A DNA stretch of 59,995 nucleotides, filler included. It is 9 parts of 9 records of this genome, joined end to end, with 100 filler letters (N's around TTAATTAATTAA, not from the genome) between each part and the next. Parts side by side here need not be neighbours in the genome. Positions count along the whole stretch, not along the records: positions 19,084 to 27,074 come from SRR31147125_45739; positions 27,175 to 33,040 come from SRR31147125_45762; 7 more parts are not named here. One strand, 5' to 3'. Below are positions 20,718-32,237 of the stretch, in pieces; the first letter of the stretch is position 1, and each line of letters opens with the position of its first letter. Position numbers and translations under genes: made by a program. The notes under the pieces are model-generated. The model was not told the DNA's origin. It saw only the letters and a program-made list of their open reading frames with translations, and searched no databases.

Positions 20718-22148
20718 ATGAATTCCAGAGAAACACTATATGACATAGCAATAATTGGAGGGGGCGTTGTTAAAACTGCCATCGCCAGAGAATTATCTAA
20801 ATATAATGTATCCTGCGCTCTTGTAGAATCCGAATCAGATGTTGGTATGGGGACAAGTAAAGCAAATACCGCTATTTGGCATACAGGTTTTGATGCCAAA
20901 ACCGGTAGCCTGGAGGCACAATTACTCAGAAAAAGTTATTCCTTATTATGTGAATATGTTCCGGAAGCAGGCGTACCTCATGAAAAATGTGGTGCCGTAC
21001 TTATTGCATGGAATCAGGACCAGCTTGATGCTCTTCCCGGTATCCTTGAAAAAGCACATAAAAATGGTGTGACAGATGTTCACACACTCACAATAGATGA
21101 AATTTATGAATTGGAACCCAGTGTCAACTCCGGTGCTTTGGGTGGCTTGATGGTTCCCGGCGAATTTATTATATGTACTTTCACATTGCCGCTGGCTTTT
21201 GCTACGCAGGCTGTTATTAATGATGTAGATCTGGTTTTAAATTTTCCTGTTAAAGATATTAGTGAAAATAAGGATTCTTCATACACTCTTACTGGTCCGG
21301 GAGGACAAATAAACTGCAAATTTGTTATTAATGCAGCCGGACTTTATTCTGATGAAATCGATCGGCTTTTTGGATTTGATCGATTTACTGTCACACCCAG
21401 AAGAGGTGAACTTGTCGTCTTTGATAAATTAACCCGGCCTTTGGTCAATCATGTGTTATTGCCGGTACCAACGTCTGTTACCAAAGGTGTTTTGGTTAGT
21501 CCCACTGTATACGGAAATATTATGCTAGGTCCCACGGCTGAAGATTTAAAAGATAAACATGAAACAGGAATGAGCCGGGAAGGGATCGATTATTTATGGG
21601 GGAAAGGTGAAGGTATCATTTCACAACTTTTAGATGAAGAAGTAACGGCAACTTATGCCGGTTTGCGGGCTGCAACAGAGCACAGTGATTACCAGATTTA
21701 TTCACATCCCGATAAAAGATATATTTGTGTCGGGGGCATTCGCTCAACAGGTCTTTCCGCGTCAATGGGTATTGCAGAATATATTGGTGAACTTGTGAGA
21801 GAGGCTGGATTGACTTTAGAAGAAAAAACAGAATTCAAAACAATAAAAATGCCAAATATCGGTGAAAATTCTCAAAGACCATACCAATCAGAAAAAGATA
21901 TTGCTCAAAATCCGGATAACGGTCGAATTGTTTGTCACTGTGAACGGGTTAGTCAGGCTGAAATAATAGACGCATTAAAATCACCCGTACCTGCCACAAC
22001 ACTTGATGGATTAAGACGCAGAACCCGATGTATGCAGGGCCGTTGTCAGGGCTTTCATTGCCATGCTGATGTTGCCTCCATTTTAGAAAGTGAATTGGCC
22101 AATAACGAGAGGAATTCAAAGGTGGAGGTAGATCATGAAGGAGCGTAA
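20718..22148 (+). CDS. GlpA/LhgO-like FAD-dependent oxidoreductase with C-terminal BFD-like [2Fe-2S] domain
   Basis: Motifs IIGGG, GTSKANT..HTGFD, YAGLR, GIRSTGLSAS and C-terminal CHCE...RTRCMQGRCQGFHC. Confidence 0.88.
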   Translation: MNSRETLYDIAIIGGGVVKTAIARELSKYNVSCALVESESDVGMGTSKANTAIWHTGFDAKTGSLEAQLLRKSYSLLCEYVPEAGVPHEKCGAVLIAWNQDQLDALPGILEKAHKNGVTDVHTLTIDEIYELEPSVNSGALGGLMVPGEFIICTFTLPLAFATQAVINDVDLVLNFPVKDISENKDSSYTLTGPGGQINCKFVINAAGLYSDEIDRLFGFDRFTVTPRRGELVVFDKLTRPLVNHVLLPVPTSVTKGVLVSPTVYGNIMLGPTAEDLKDKHETGMSREGIDYLWGKGEGIISQLLDEEVTATYAGLRAATEHSDYQIYSHPDKRYICVGGIRSTGLSASMGIAEYIGELVREAGLTLEEKTEFKTIKMPNIGENSQRPYQSEKDIAQNPDNGRIVCHCERVSQAEIIDALKSPVPATTLDGLRRRTRCMQGRCQGFHCHADVASILESELANNERNSKVEVDHEGA

Positions 22149-23382
22149 TGTTAATGTGCTCATAATCGGTGCCGGACCTGCTGGATTGGCGGCTGCTTTA
22201 CAATTAGATAAACTTGGAGTCAAAGATGTGCTTGTCGTCGATCGTGATAAAATGGCTGGCGGAGCGCCTCGGCTCATCAATCATACAGGATTTGGATTGA
22301 GGGATATTAAAAGACTTTATACAGGTCCTCAATATGCCAGGCAGTACGTTAAAAAAGTAGAAAAAGCTGGCATCACAATAATGTCAGAAAGCACGGTGAC
22401 CGGATGGGAAAATAATAATTCGCTTTCTATCACCAGTCCTGAAGGATTACAAACCATACATGCTGAAGCCATTTTGCTGGCTACGGGTTGTCGCGAACGT
22501 CCGCGTGCGGCCCGCCTTGTTCCGGGCTCACGTCCCCAGGGAATTTATACCACAGGTTCTCTACAGGATTTTGTTCATGGTTATAACAAACCAGTTGGAA
22601 AAAATGCTGTGATTGTTGGTGCAGAACTAGTCAGTTATTCAGCCATTCATACGTTGGCCAAAGTAAAATGTAATACAGTACTGATGGTTACCGAGCATCC
22701 CAAACATCAGGTATATATGCCATTTCTTCCATATAAATGGTTGACTTCTAATATAATAAAAAACGTGCCACTTTTAACAGATACAACAGTCTGTAAAATA
22801 TTAGGTAAAGATCGTGTTACAGGCGTTGAAATAGCAGAAGCGGGAAGTAATAAGAAAAAAACAGTCAATTGTGATACTGTTATTTTTTCTGGTAATTGGA
22901 TACCAGACCACGAAATGGCACGACTCGGTGGTATAACAATTGATCCAGGCACAAAAGGCCCAAAAATCGATACGTCAATGAGAACGTCTGTAAAAGGTGT
23001 ATTTGCTGCGGGTAATCTTTTGCGTGGAGCTGAACCTGGTGATGTAGCAGCTATTGAGGGACGTTTTACAGCCCATTGTATTGAAAAATATTTAAATACC
23101 GACATATGGAACAATAACCGTCTTTCAATAAATGTGGAATCTCCTCTGGAATGGATAACACCGAATGCCTTGGAACCAAACAGTAATAGCCTTTCATTAG
23201 GATATTTTTTGTTCAGAGTAAAAGAATTCTGCCAAAATCCAACACTGGTCATAAAACAAAACGATGAGATTCTTTTTGAAAAAACATACCGGAAACTGGG
23301 ACCCAATTATTCGTTTAAATTGAGTGCACAGTGGTTGAATAAAGTAACCGGGTCCCAAAATATAGAAATAATGATGAAATAA
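22135..23382 (+). CDS. NAD(P)/FAD-dependent oxidoreductase (partner subunit)
   Basis: Motifs GAGPAG, LATGCRER, GIYTTG and GVFAAGN. Overlaps the upstream stop codon. Confidence 0.88.
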   Translation: MKERNVNVLIIGAGPAGLAAALQLDKLGVKDVLVVDRDKMAGGAPRLINHTGFGLRDIKRLYTGPQYARQYVKKVEKAGITIMSESTVTGWENNNSLSITSPEGLQTIHAEAILLATGCRERPRAARLVPGSRPQGIYTTGSLQDFVHGYNKPVGKNAVIVGAELVSYSAIHTLAKVKCNTVLMVTEHPKHQVYMPFLPYKWLTSNIIKNVPLLTDTTVCKILGKDRVTGVEIAEAGSNKKKTVNCDTVIFSGNWIPDHEMARLGGITIDPGTKGPKIDTSMRTSVKGVFAAGNLLRGAEPGDVAAIEGRFTAHCIEKYLNTDIWNNNRLSINVESPLEWITPNALEPNSNSLSLGYFLFRVKEFCQNPTLVIKQNDEILFEKTYRKLGPNYSFKLSAQWLNKVTGSQNIEIMMK

Positions 23383-23427
23383 TAGGTGTCGAACTATACT
23401 GGCTTAGCTCGGCTTTTTCCTGAAAAT

Positions 23428-23466
23428 ACCTGAAAGTGAATGGAATATCCACATTCATTTTCAGGT
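23428..23466. terminator. Inverted repeat/hairpin
   Basis: ACCTGAAAGTGAATG-9 nt-CATTCATTTTCAGGT. Confidence 0.5.
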
Positions 23467-23493
23467 TCACCAAATTATAAAGTATATTGATAA

Positions 23494-25045
23494 ATGTTTA
23501 TGCGCAAACAAATAATTATATTTACTATACTGCTGATTACTTTTCTGTTGCTCTCTTTTTTTAATTGTTCAAAGAAAACCGATCCCGAAGATACTGTTCT
23601 GGTAACGGTCGGTGATAAAACAATTACAGTGAGAGAATTTAGAAGCAACTATGAGTTCGGTCTGCCACACCTTAAAAAAGATCCCGATCGAAAATTATCC
23701 TACCTTAATTATATGATTATGGAAAAGGTCCTGTCTGAAGAAGGTTATAAACTTGATCTTGACAAATCAGAACGCGTTAAAAAACTTGAAAAAGAGCTGA
23801 TGCAAGAGTTGCTTGTTGAGGAACTTTTCCAAACAGAAATAAAAGATAATATTAAAATTTCACCTCAACAAATACGTGATGCTATTACCAAATCGAATGT
23901 AAAATGGAAACTTCGTTATTGGGTAGAACCTAATCAGAAATATGCTGATCAGGTGGCACAGGCAATGAAAAAGAGGGGATATACTTCCGTTCTTGATGAT
24001 ATTCTGGAAAGTAAACCTGAAGTTGAATTGAAACCAAAAGATTTTGAAACAAAATATTTGACCTGGCTTGATGTGTCTGAAGAGTTGCTGGATGCCGTCA
24101 AGAATTTGCCCATCGGAGATATTTCAGATCCCGTGGACATAGATGGTAAATTTTTTATTTTTCAGGTGCTGGATATCAGGCGTGAACCATTGCGTGAATA
24201 TGATTACGCTGATCAGGCTGAAAAATATCGTCAGATACTATTTTACAAGCAATTAAAAAAAGAAGCTGAGCAATATGTTGCCAACTTTATGTCTGACAAA
24301 AATGTTGTAACTAAAGGCGCCTCATTTAAAAATTTAATAACAGGCCTGGCTGAATGGAAAACATTAAAAGAGGATTCAAAAATCCTTTCTCGAAGAAATT
24401 GAATCCGCTGATGAAACAAAACCAGCCCTCTTTAAGTTAAGACAGAGTCTTAACAAGACATTGGTTACTTTTGAAAACGATCAATGGACAATCAATGAGT
24501 TTTTGAAGCGCTTTAATCCCAAATCCATAAAGGTTGAACCAGCGGATAAATTTATTTTTCAAAATCAGTTGAATGAACAAATAGCGTTAAGTGTAAGGGA
24601 TCATTTTTTAACCAATAAAGCCATCGACAAAAAGCTTGACAGATCTGAAAATGTACAAAAACAACTCAGTATGTGGCGCAACAAGTGGGTCTATGAGGAA
24701 GCCAGGCGTTTGTTTACTCAACACGTTAAAATTGATGATAAGCAGGCAAAAGCTTATTTTGAAAAATATAAAGAAAAGTATAAAATAAGATGGGATGATT
24801 CACCCACATTTGATGAATTTGAAAATCAGGTAAAGAGAGATGCCTATATTCAAACAGCACGAAATACCCTGTCGAATAAGATCGATTCATTAAAAACATA
24901 TATTCCCGTATCTGTTAATAGAACCGTATTAGATACAATTTCAACAATAGAATCAGAAAAATCCCGTTGGCAGAGTTTGCAACTTTTCAAACGTAGCAGT
25001 AATCGTCTCACTGTCCCAATTGTTGATCCTGCATGGGGACTTTAG
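23494..25045 (+). CDS. SurA/PrsA-like foldase lipoprotein, frameshift at A-run 24378-24382
   Basis: Lipobox-like FFNC, VGDKTITVREF and parvulin-like LPIGDISDPV. The two ORFs join across the A-run. Confidence 0.65.
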
Positions 25046-25092
25046 ACAATTAAAAGAATTATAATTCACGTGTTCCTAAAAAAAGGTAACTT

Positions 25093-26669
25093 ATGGTGCT
25101 GGATAAACAAAGCTGTGTTCCTCTATATTACCAGTTAGCTGATCAATTACGAGAGGATATAAAAAAATCAGAGTTTAATCCTAATGAACCGCTTCCTTCT
25201 GAAAATGAATTAATGATTAAATATAATATCAGCAGAGGGACCATACGTGAAGCTATGCGGATATTAATCAGAGATGGACTTATTGAGCGGCGGCGAGGTA
25301 TTGGTACTTTTGTGGTTCCTCCTAAAATTGATCATGCTACTGACGGAATTACCAGTTTTTCCAGAGTAATGCTGCAAACCGGCAGACGCCCTTCGGCCAA
25401 GGTCTTAAAATTGGAAACGATCCCAGCCCCTTATCACATTTCAGAAAATCTTCAAATACCAAAAAACACCAATGTTGTATTGATAAAAAGATTAAGATAT
25501 GCGAATGGTGAGAGCCTGATGATAGAACGCTCTTATTATCGTGAAGAAGTAGGTAAAAATCTTTATAATGAGGATTTGACCGGATCCATCTATACCATGT
25601 GGAAAACCAAATATAATTATCATCTTGTCCGGTCAGAAAAAACATTGGAAGTTATTTCTGTCGAAAAGCAGGATGCCAAATTATTAAATATTCCCAAAGG
25701 TAGCCCCGTGGTTATACTAAAGAGACTTGTATTTTTTGATCAGAATTTACCAGTGGAATATGCCGAGGATATTTATCGCTCAGATCGAACAGTATTCAAA
25801 TTTAAAACATTAGCGCATGTGGAGGATAAATCACAAAGTGAGCTTTTTACTAATGAGTTGACCCAACTAAGTACATCCGAAATCAGAAACAGATTTAAAA
25901 ATATTGACGCTTTTTTATTAGATCAAGATGGCACTATTTATCTGGAATACCAATCCTTCCCTGGACAGTTGAATTTTTAAAAGGCCTGGATGAGTGCGGT
26001 AAAAAGTATGTGTTTTTGAGTAATAATTCTTCAAAAGCACATAACGAACATATTGAAAAATTGGCACATTTTGGCATAACTGCCACTTCTGAGCAAATTC
26101 TAAGTTCCGGTGATGCAACTATTGAATATTTGAAATCTCTTGAAAATTCTCGGGATATTTATTTGATGGCCACACCGGGCGTTGAAAATGATTTTAAAAA
26201 TGAAGGATTTAATATCGATGCCGACAATCCCAGTTATGTGGTATTGGCATACGATTTGACATTTACATTTGAAAAACTTGATAAAGCATGTCGTTATGTC
26301 CGAAATGGGGTGCCATTTATTGCAACCCATGAAGACAACAACTGGATGATCGGTCCTAATGACCATAGACCGGATGTTGGGGCACTTGCCGCTGCCATTA
26401 CAACGTCCACCAAAGTAAAACCTAAATTTATTGGAAAACCTAACATGGAAATGGTGGATGCGTTTCTAAGACGATTGGGATTGGATAAAAAAAATGTCGC
26501 AATCGTGGGGGATAGATTAAATACGGATATTCGAATGGGGCTGGATCATGATATTTTAAGTATTTTAGTGTTAAGCGGTAAGACAAAAGCCCATGAAGTT
26601 CCTAATTCACCATACCAACCTTCTTTTATCATCGATAAAACCATTGATCTCTTGAAATATATAGAATGA
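25093..26669 (+). CDS. GntR(HutC/UTRA) regulator apparently fused to a NagD-like HAD-IIA phosphatase; frameshift near 25950
   Basis: The wHTH (PLYYQL, LPSE, SRGTIREA, GIGTFV) and UTRA domain run without a stop into FLLDQDGTIYL. The next frame gives LSNN, GKP, VGDRLNTDI and LVLSG. Confidence 0.75.
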
Positions 26670-26724
26670 TTCTACATTTTTTTTGAGAACCGGAACGAAA
26701 CGAATTTAAAGGACGGAGATAATT

Positions 26725-27074
26725 GTGATTGATATGAAAAACGTACGCGAAGGTCAGGATCCTAAAGTTGATCGGAAATATAAATGGTGGCGGATTGGCG
26801 CATGGCTGGGAACATGGTTAGCTTATGCAGGATTTTATTTGTGTCGTAAAACCATCTCTGTTGCGCCTCCGGAAATGATGAAAGAATTCGGATGGGAGTT
26901 GTCCACTGTCACTTTTATCATGAGTGGATATTTCTGGGCATATGCCCTGGGGCAATTTTTTAACGGAATTTTGGGTGACAAGCTGGGGACCCGATTGATG
27001 CTCGCCATTGGACTAACCGCTACCATTCTCATGAATGTTTTCTTTGGTTTTTCCTCATCGATTGTCCTCTTTTT
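26725..27074 (+). CDS. MFS transporter, GlpT/UhpT (OPA) type (3'-truncated)
   Basis: Motifs YAGFYLCRK and AYALGQFFNGILGDKLG.R. Confidence 0.85.
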
Positions 27075-27174
27075 NNNNNNNNNNNNNNNNNNNNNNNNNN
27101 NNNNNNNNNNNNNNNNNNTTAATTAATTAANNNNNNNNNNNNNNNNNNNNNNNNNNNNNNNNNNNNNNNNNNNN

Positions 27175-27641
27175 CCCCAGTAGGAAAGAGACCAGGAAAT
27201 AAGTATCTCATTGTGAAAGGCCACCAATAGTCCTCCCACAAAAGCCCAGCGGGGAGGAATCAAACCCTGTAACATCCAACAGGTTGCAGCAGCCGCAAAG
27301 GCAGTCGATATAACCGCCCCGAAAATGGGCAATCCAGTTAAAACAATTCCCAAAGCAAAAAGTGCACCTTGACCCGGTGGGTATTTGGAAGCATACGATG
27401 GCTGATGAATTATATGGAACGACTCGAAATGTTGCCACATTGGATGAGTCGGATTCGTCAAGCGATTTTCCAGGAAAGTATCGGCGGCAAGCAAATAGCT
27501 GAATTCATCATGTGCACTCGGGACGGGAACCCAATCCAGGACACATAACGAGCTGACGACAAGAGATGCCGCAGCGCATATGAAGATAGCCAGAGGTTTA
27601 TTGTTGGATATTTTGAGGTAATAATAGGTAAATGAAAGCAT
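27175..27641 (-). CDS. GT-C-like membrane glycosyltransferase (3'-truncated)
   Basis: TM helix followed by HDEFSYL (DE motif), SKYPPG, and further TM segments. Confidence 0.55.
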
Positions 27642-27720
27642 CGATACTGAATCGTGAATATATAATTTTATTGTACTCGTAAAATGGTGTCAATCGACAC
27701 CCACCAGTAAAGCCCCAGCA

Positions 27721-28370
27721 TTATTTCTTTCCGAAACTTGTATAATTAACGATACACCACTGCATCACCATACCGCAAAGATTGGCTGCCTGGGTACAAA
27801 ACAACAGAGCAGTCAGTCCAAGTCCCCGCAAAGAAAATCTTCCCGATAATGAGTGAAAAATGAGTTTCAGGTAAAACGTGACAGGAGATTTCGTAAGGGG
27901 AGCTTGCAGTTTACAAACAGCAATACGATGAAACATGAATGAACCGGATCCGTACTTAGCATGCAACTGCAAGAAAGTCATGAAATTGAGATCATGAAAA
28001 TGGAGAATCTCGGCATTTCTGACCCACTTGAAACGATACGTGTGTAGCGCCCAGCGGTAACAAAATTCCCTGTCCTCACCATAGGTCAGTGATGAGTCAA
28101 AGCCACCGAGGTCATTAAAGTGCGCGCGGGGAACCACCATGTTGTTTGTCGAGAAAAAACCGCCTCTTGTAACTGCCGGATTATAGTGTTCCAACAGAAA
28201 ATCACCAAGTAACTGAGTTGAAAGAGCATAGGGAATCCCCTCGAGCCCATTACGTGTCTGCCCGCCCAGCACCATGGTTGAGAGCAGAATAAGCTCTATC
28301 GCCCTGCTGACAGTCTGCCCCCTCAGACTTTCAATGCTGATCGCCACGCTTGCAGAGTCGCAGGATACCT
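27721..28370 (-). pseudogene. GT2 glycosyltransferase, internally deleted
   Basis: ISVII...SIESLRGQT N-terminus and NN...GGFD...GEDREFCYRW C-terminus are present, but the central DxD region is missing. Confidence 0.55.
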
Positions 28371-28399
28371 TTATAATAACGGATATTTCAGGATCTGAA

Positions 28400-29064
28400 C
28401 ATGTCATCGTTTTGGTACCGGATTGTGCTTCATCGTATCGATTCCTCAGAGTCGCAGTAGGCAGTGGCATTGGCTTCTGTTTACCAGTTCTCCTCCGTTT
28501 CTGCAGGACATTCTCCAACACCTGGAGCGCCGTTTCCAGCGTAACACCTTCCCGAAATCGTTCATAGGTTTGCTGGGTAGTACCATCAATCAAAAAACGA
28601 GCACATCGAGCTCCGTATCTACAACCTGCTCTGCATGGGAGCCAACAGCAAAGAGGTGGCCATTTGTGCTAGCCATTACTCTCACCCTCTTTTTCACCGT
28701 ATACCGTATCATTTCGTAGACCCGGGGATGCAGGAACAACAAGACAATTGTTTTAACGGATCCCCAGTATTGGTCACTCGTACCGTGGTATATATATCGA
28801 AACAACGAGTCGGTAGATGTCCCCGTTTCCGAATCAGCTAAAATCTCCGTTCCCGACATTGACATTTCCACAATCATCGAACGCGGTGCCTCCGACAATC
28901 ACTGTTTCATTCTTCAAGAAGCCGAAGATCACAGATATAACACCGGCGACGCACTCACACTGCTCAGCAGCCTGCCTGCCTATAAAAGAAACAAGGTACA
29001 AACACGGGGTGGTCAACACGTCCCCCGTGTTGCCTGGCTTTTTACCCCAGAATAAAGGTCTCAT
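28400..29064 (-). pseudogene. Decayed radical SAM/SPASM-like gene
   Basis: Fragments FLHPRVYEMIRY...ASTNGH and IDGTTQQTYERFR.G lie in different frames. No CxxxCxxC motif. Confidence 0.5.
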
Positions 29065-29161
29065 TGGTAATCAACCTTGAAAACACAAAAAATATAGAAT
29101 ACCTATTAGAAAAGCTACTCATCATGCCCTCACCTAGGACTTACATGTACCATCATAATTA

Positions 29162-29890
29162 ATGAGCGACGAAACCATTATCGAGCTCTCCATTGTGGTT
29201 CTCTGTTATCGTTCAGAAGACAATATTATTCCTTTCGTATCTGATTTACAAAAAAGTCTTACCTCGTTTACGAGGTCGTGGGAAATCGTGCTGGTTGGCA
29301 ATTACCTTCCCGGGGCAAACGATAGAACAGGAGAAATAGTTGAGTCCCTTGCCTCACATGATGATCGCATCACCGCACTGGTTGAGCCCAAACTGGGTAT
29401 GATGGGTTGGGATATGAGAAAAGGGCTCGAGGCAGCAAGGGGGCAACATATAGGCGTTATCGATGGTGATGGCCAGTTTCCCATTGAGGCAATTTCGAGA
29501 TGCTATGCACACATTATTGACGGTGACCTCGATATGGTCAAAACGTTCAGAATAAACAGGCCGGATGGTATGTACAGATATGTAATCTCTGTAATGTACA
29601 ATCAAATATTCTCACTGTTATTCCCAGGCCTTGGAAGTTCAGACATCAACTCAAAACCCAAAATCATGACAAGAGCAGCCTATGAACAAATGGACCTGTC
29701 ATCCGATGATTGGTTCGTTGATGCTGAAATCATGATCAATGTCCGCCGACAGAACATGAGTTTCAAGGAAATTCCGATACAATTCAAGGAACTTGTTGCC
29801 AGACAATCATTTGTTCGCTTTCGAGCAATTGTAGAGTTCATGCGCAACCTCATCGCCTATCGATTGCGTGAGTTTACAAGACCAAAATGA
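29162..29890 (+). CDS. GT2 polyprenol-phosphate glycosyltransferase (DPM1/GtrB-like)
   Basis: Motifs LSIVVLCY, IDGDGQ, DINSKPK and WFVDAE. Confidence 0.85.
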   Translation: MSDETIIELSIVVLCYRSEDNIIPFVSDLQKSLTSFTRSWEIVLVGNYLPGANDRTGEIVESLASHDDRITALVEPKLGMMGWDMRKGLEAARGQHIGVIDGDGQFPIEAISRCYAHIIDGDLDMVKTFRINRPDGMYRYVISVMYNQIFSLLFPGLGSSDINSKPKIMTRAAYEQMDLSSDDWFVDAEIMINVRRQNMSFKEIPIQFKELVARQSFVRFRAIVEFMRNLIAYRLREFTRPK

Positions 29891-30783
29891 GACAGAAAAA
29901 GCAGCTCATACTGGTTACCGGCGCCTCATCAGGTCTACTATCGAGATTGATTGCACTCGTCGACTCTGAAAAATGCACCATCAGAGCGGTAAGCAGAACC
30001 CCCAAAAACCATTTGCAATCACCGCATGATTGGTGGATAGGCGACATAACGGATACCGGATTCATTCGTGAAGCGATGGAAGGGATAGATTGTGTAATTC
30101 ATGGTGCTGCTGTTACCCACGCTAACAGGCATGAATATTCCAACGTTAATGTGCGTGGTTCGAAGCTGTTAGTGGACGAAGCACTACGTGCCCGTGTCAA
30201 AGACTTCATTTTTATTAGCTCACGGGTCGCCGGGGAAAAGTCAGGTGCTTACGGGGAATCAAAGTGGGCAGCCGAGCAGTATATAAAAGAGAGGTGTCGG
30301 AAATGGCTTATTTTTCGTCCCTCTGAAATATATGGAGGCAAAAACCAAGAAGGCATTGATCGGTTTATTCAGCAGGTTTTAACCAATGCGGTTATGTTGT
30401 GTCCAACGGGGATCCCAACCCCGCTGCGTCCACTCCATATAGACGATGCTGCTCACTTGATTCATTCGTCAATATGTAATCGTACAGATGAAAATAAGAT
30501 CGTCTATATTAATGGTGATGTCGAGTATTCACTCCTGTCATTGGCTAAATCCATAACTTCAATCAGCGGCACTAAATCGCTGATTCTACCGATTCCGTCC
30601 TGGCTGCTTATTCCCCTGGGACTCTTTCTGAAGAGACTTCCATTCAACAGTGGAATAGCCCCAGATCAAATAACCAGACTTTATTCCAAGAAAAATTACG
30701 ATGAAAGCATTGATTACAATTTCAGATCGTTACACGACTATATAGCAGAGGTTTCAAAAAAAGACTTCAGACAAAACAGGTAA
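29887..30783 (+). CDS. NAD-dependent epimerase/dehydratase (extended SDR)
   Basis: Motifs LVTGASSG, VIHGAA, YGESK (YxxxK) and RPSEIYG. Confidence 0.85.
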   Translation: MRQKKQLILVTGASSGLLSRLIALVDSEKCTIRAVSRTPKNHLQSPHDWWIGDITDTGFIREAMEGIDCVIHGAAVTHANRHEYSNVNVRGSKLLVDEALRARVKDFIFISSRVAGEKSGAYGESKWAAEQYIKERCRKWLIFRPSEIYGGKNQEGIDRFIQQVLTNAVMLCPTGIPTPLRPLHIDDAAHLIHSSICNRTDENKIVYINGDVEYSLLSLAKSITSISGTKSLILPIPSWLLIPLGLFLKRLPFNSGIAPDQITRLYSKKNYDESIDYNFRSLHDYIAEVSKKDFRQNR

Positions 30784-30809
30784 TCCGTTTTAATTATCAA
30801 AGGGGGTAT

Positions 30810-32201
30810 ATGGAAACAATATACCGTAATCGCGCTGTCGTGTATGTGCTACTCCTGTGTTTGTTACTTATCCCACCTTTTTTAAACGACATTGAGGACC
30901 ATCCGTTTCATGGGGACGAATCATGGTGGACGCGTTGCGGGGCAGAATATTTCACCTTGTTTTTCCTGGAAAGAGACTTCGACAACAAGAAGTGGCATTC
31001 ATATATGGGAGTCGACCAGCCTCAGATTGGACGATATATTATCGGTATGAGACTCTGGCTTGCCGGTGGCAAGCCTCTACTGGAAAAAGCCTATCAGCAC
31101 CCCTTCTATCAATTCGAAGAATCCGGAACATGGAACCGTGAAAACGGCAGGGTCCCGCCGCTGGAAATACTGCTGCCCGTAAGGCTCATGACAGCAGCTT
31201 TTGGATTGTGTGGATGCTTCTTGATATATTACATAGGATACCGTGCTTTCAGCCCTGAAGTGGGTTTTATATCAAGTTTACTGATTGGCTGTAACCCCCT
31301 TCTGCTTCTGTATGCGCGAAGAGCGGTGACCGATGCACCACTCTTCTTTTTTATGACAGCAGTCGTAGCACTACTGCCGACACTGCTCTGTCAGTACCGA
31401 AAACACAACAGAATAGTTCTTTACGCCACCAGTTGCTTGATTGGTATATTGGTCGGTATTGCAGCAGGCATAAAGCTTAACGGAGGACTTATTGGCCTTA
31501 TCTTCGCCTGTTGGATGGGCCTGCTTGCTTGGGAAGCGTTCCTCGGTGGGAGTAGACAGCCGGAGGTCAATACCCCTCGCAGGGTTGATCGAAGCACACC
31601 TTCATGCACCGATACGGGGATGTGGTGCAAAGAAAGAAAATTAAAACAATTCTTTGATATTTCTTTTGTCACCTTAATCGTCGGAACAACCGCAGTTTCA
31701 ACCTTCTACATTGCCTCCCCCAATCTTTACGGCACACCAGTTTCCGGGGCAAAGCAGTTGATTGATCACAGGATGGGAATCGTTTCTGGCCAGCAGGATG
31801 GGCAACAAAGTAAAGCAATTCGAACCAGTTCTGAAAAAATAAAACAGACATATATGCGATTGTTTGACCCTGCAACCAGTTACTCGGTCGTGAAGTTTCC
31901 CTCCAGGATTCCTCTTGAGCTACTCTTCTTCATAGTCGGGATAATCGGTGTGTGTATCAGCGAATACAACTATGTGCGGACTCATCGCCACTTCTCATTT
32001 CAAGCCTTTGTTTTTTTGTGGGTTTTTCTCCTTTTTATTGGCATAGTCGCATGGATTCCTCTTGATTGGGGACGCTATTATTTACCCATGTTCCCAGCCC
32101 AAACGATGATGGTTGCGGTTGGTATAACGACATCATTCAGTTGGTTATACTCTGCCATTCATCGAGCCCAACACACGGGAAATAATAATGTGGCTATCTG
32201 A
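30810..32201 (+). CDS. GT-C (PMT/ArnT-like) membrane glycosyltransferase
   Basis: HGDES after TM1, DQP, K.NG, RYYLP, and many TM helices. Confidence 0.75.
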   Translation: METIYRNRAVVYVLLLCLLLIPPFLNDIEDHPFHGDESWWTRCGAEYFTLFFLERDFDNKKWHSYMGVDQPQIGRYIIGMRLWLAGGKPLLEKAYQHPFYQFEESGTWNRENGRVPPLEILLPVRLMTAAFGLCGCFLIYYIGYRAFSPEVGFISSLLIGCNPLLLLYARRAVTDAPLFFFMTAVVALLPTLLCQYRKHNRIVLYATSCLIGILVGIAAGIKLNGGLIGLIFACWMGLLAWEAFLGGSRQPEVNTPRRVDRSTPSCTDTGMWCKERKLKQFFDISFVTLIVGTTAVSTFYIASPNLYGTPVSGAKQLIDHRMGIVSGQQDGQQSKAIRTSSEKIKQTYMRLFDPATSYSVVKFPSRIPLELLFFIVGIIGVCISEYNYVRTHRHFSFQAFVFLWVFLLFIGIVAWIPLDWGRYYLPMFPAQTMMVAVGITTSFSWLYSAIHRAQHTGNNNVAI

Positions 32202-32237
32202 CACCAATAATTCACTGACCTTCGCCCCTTCCGCTCC

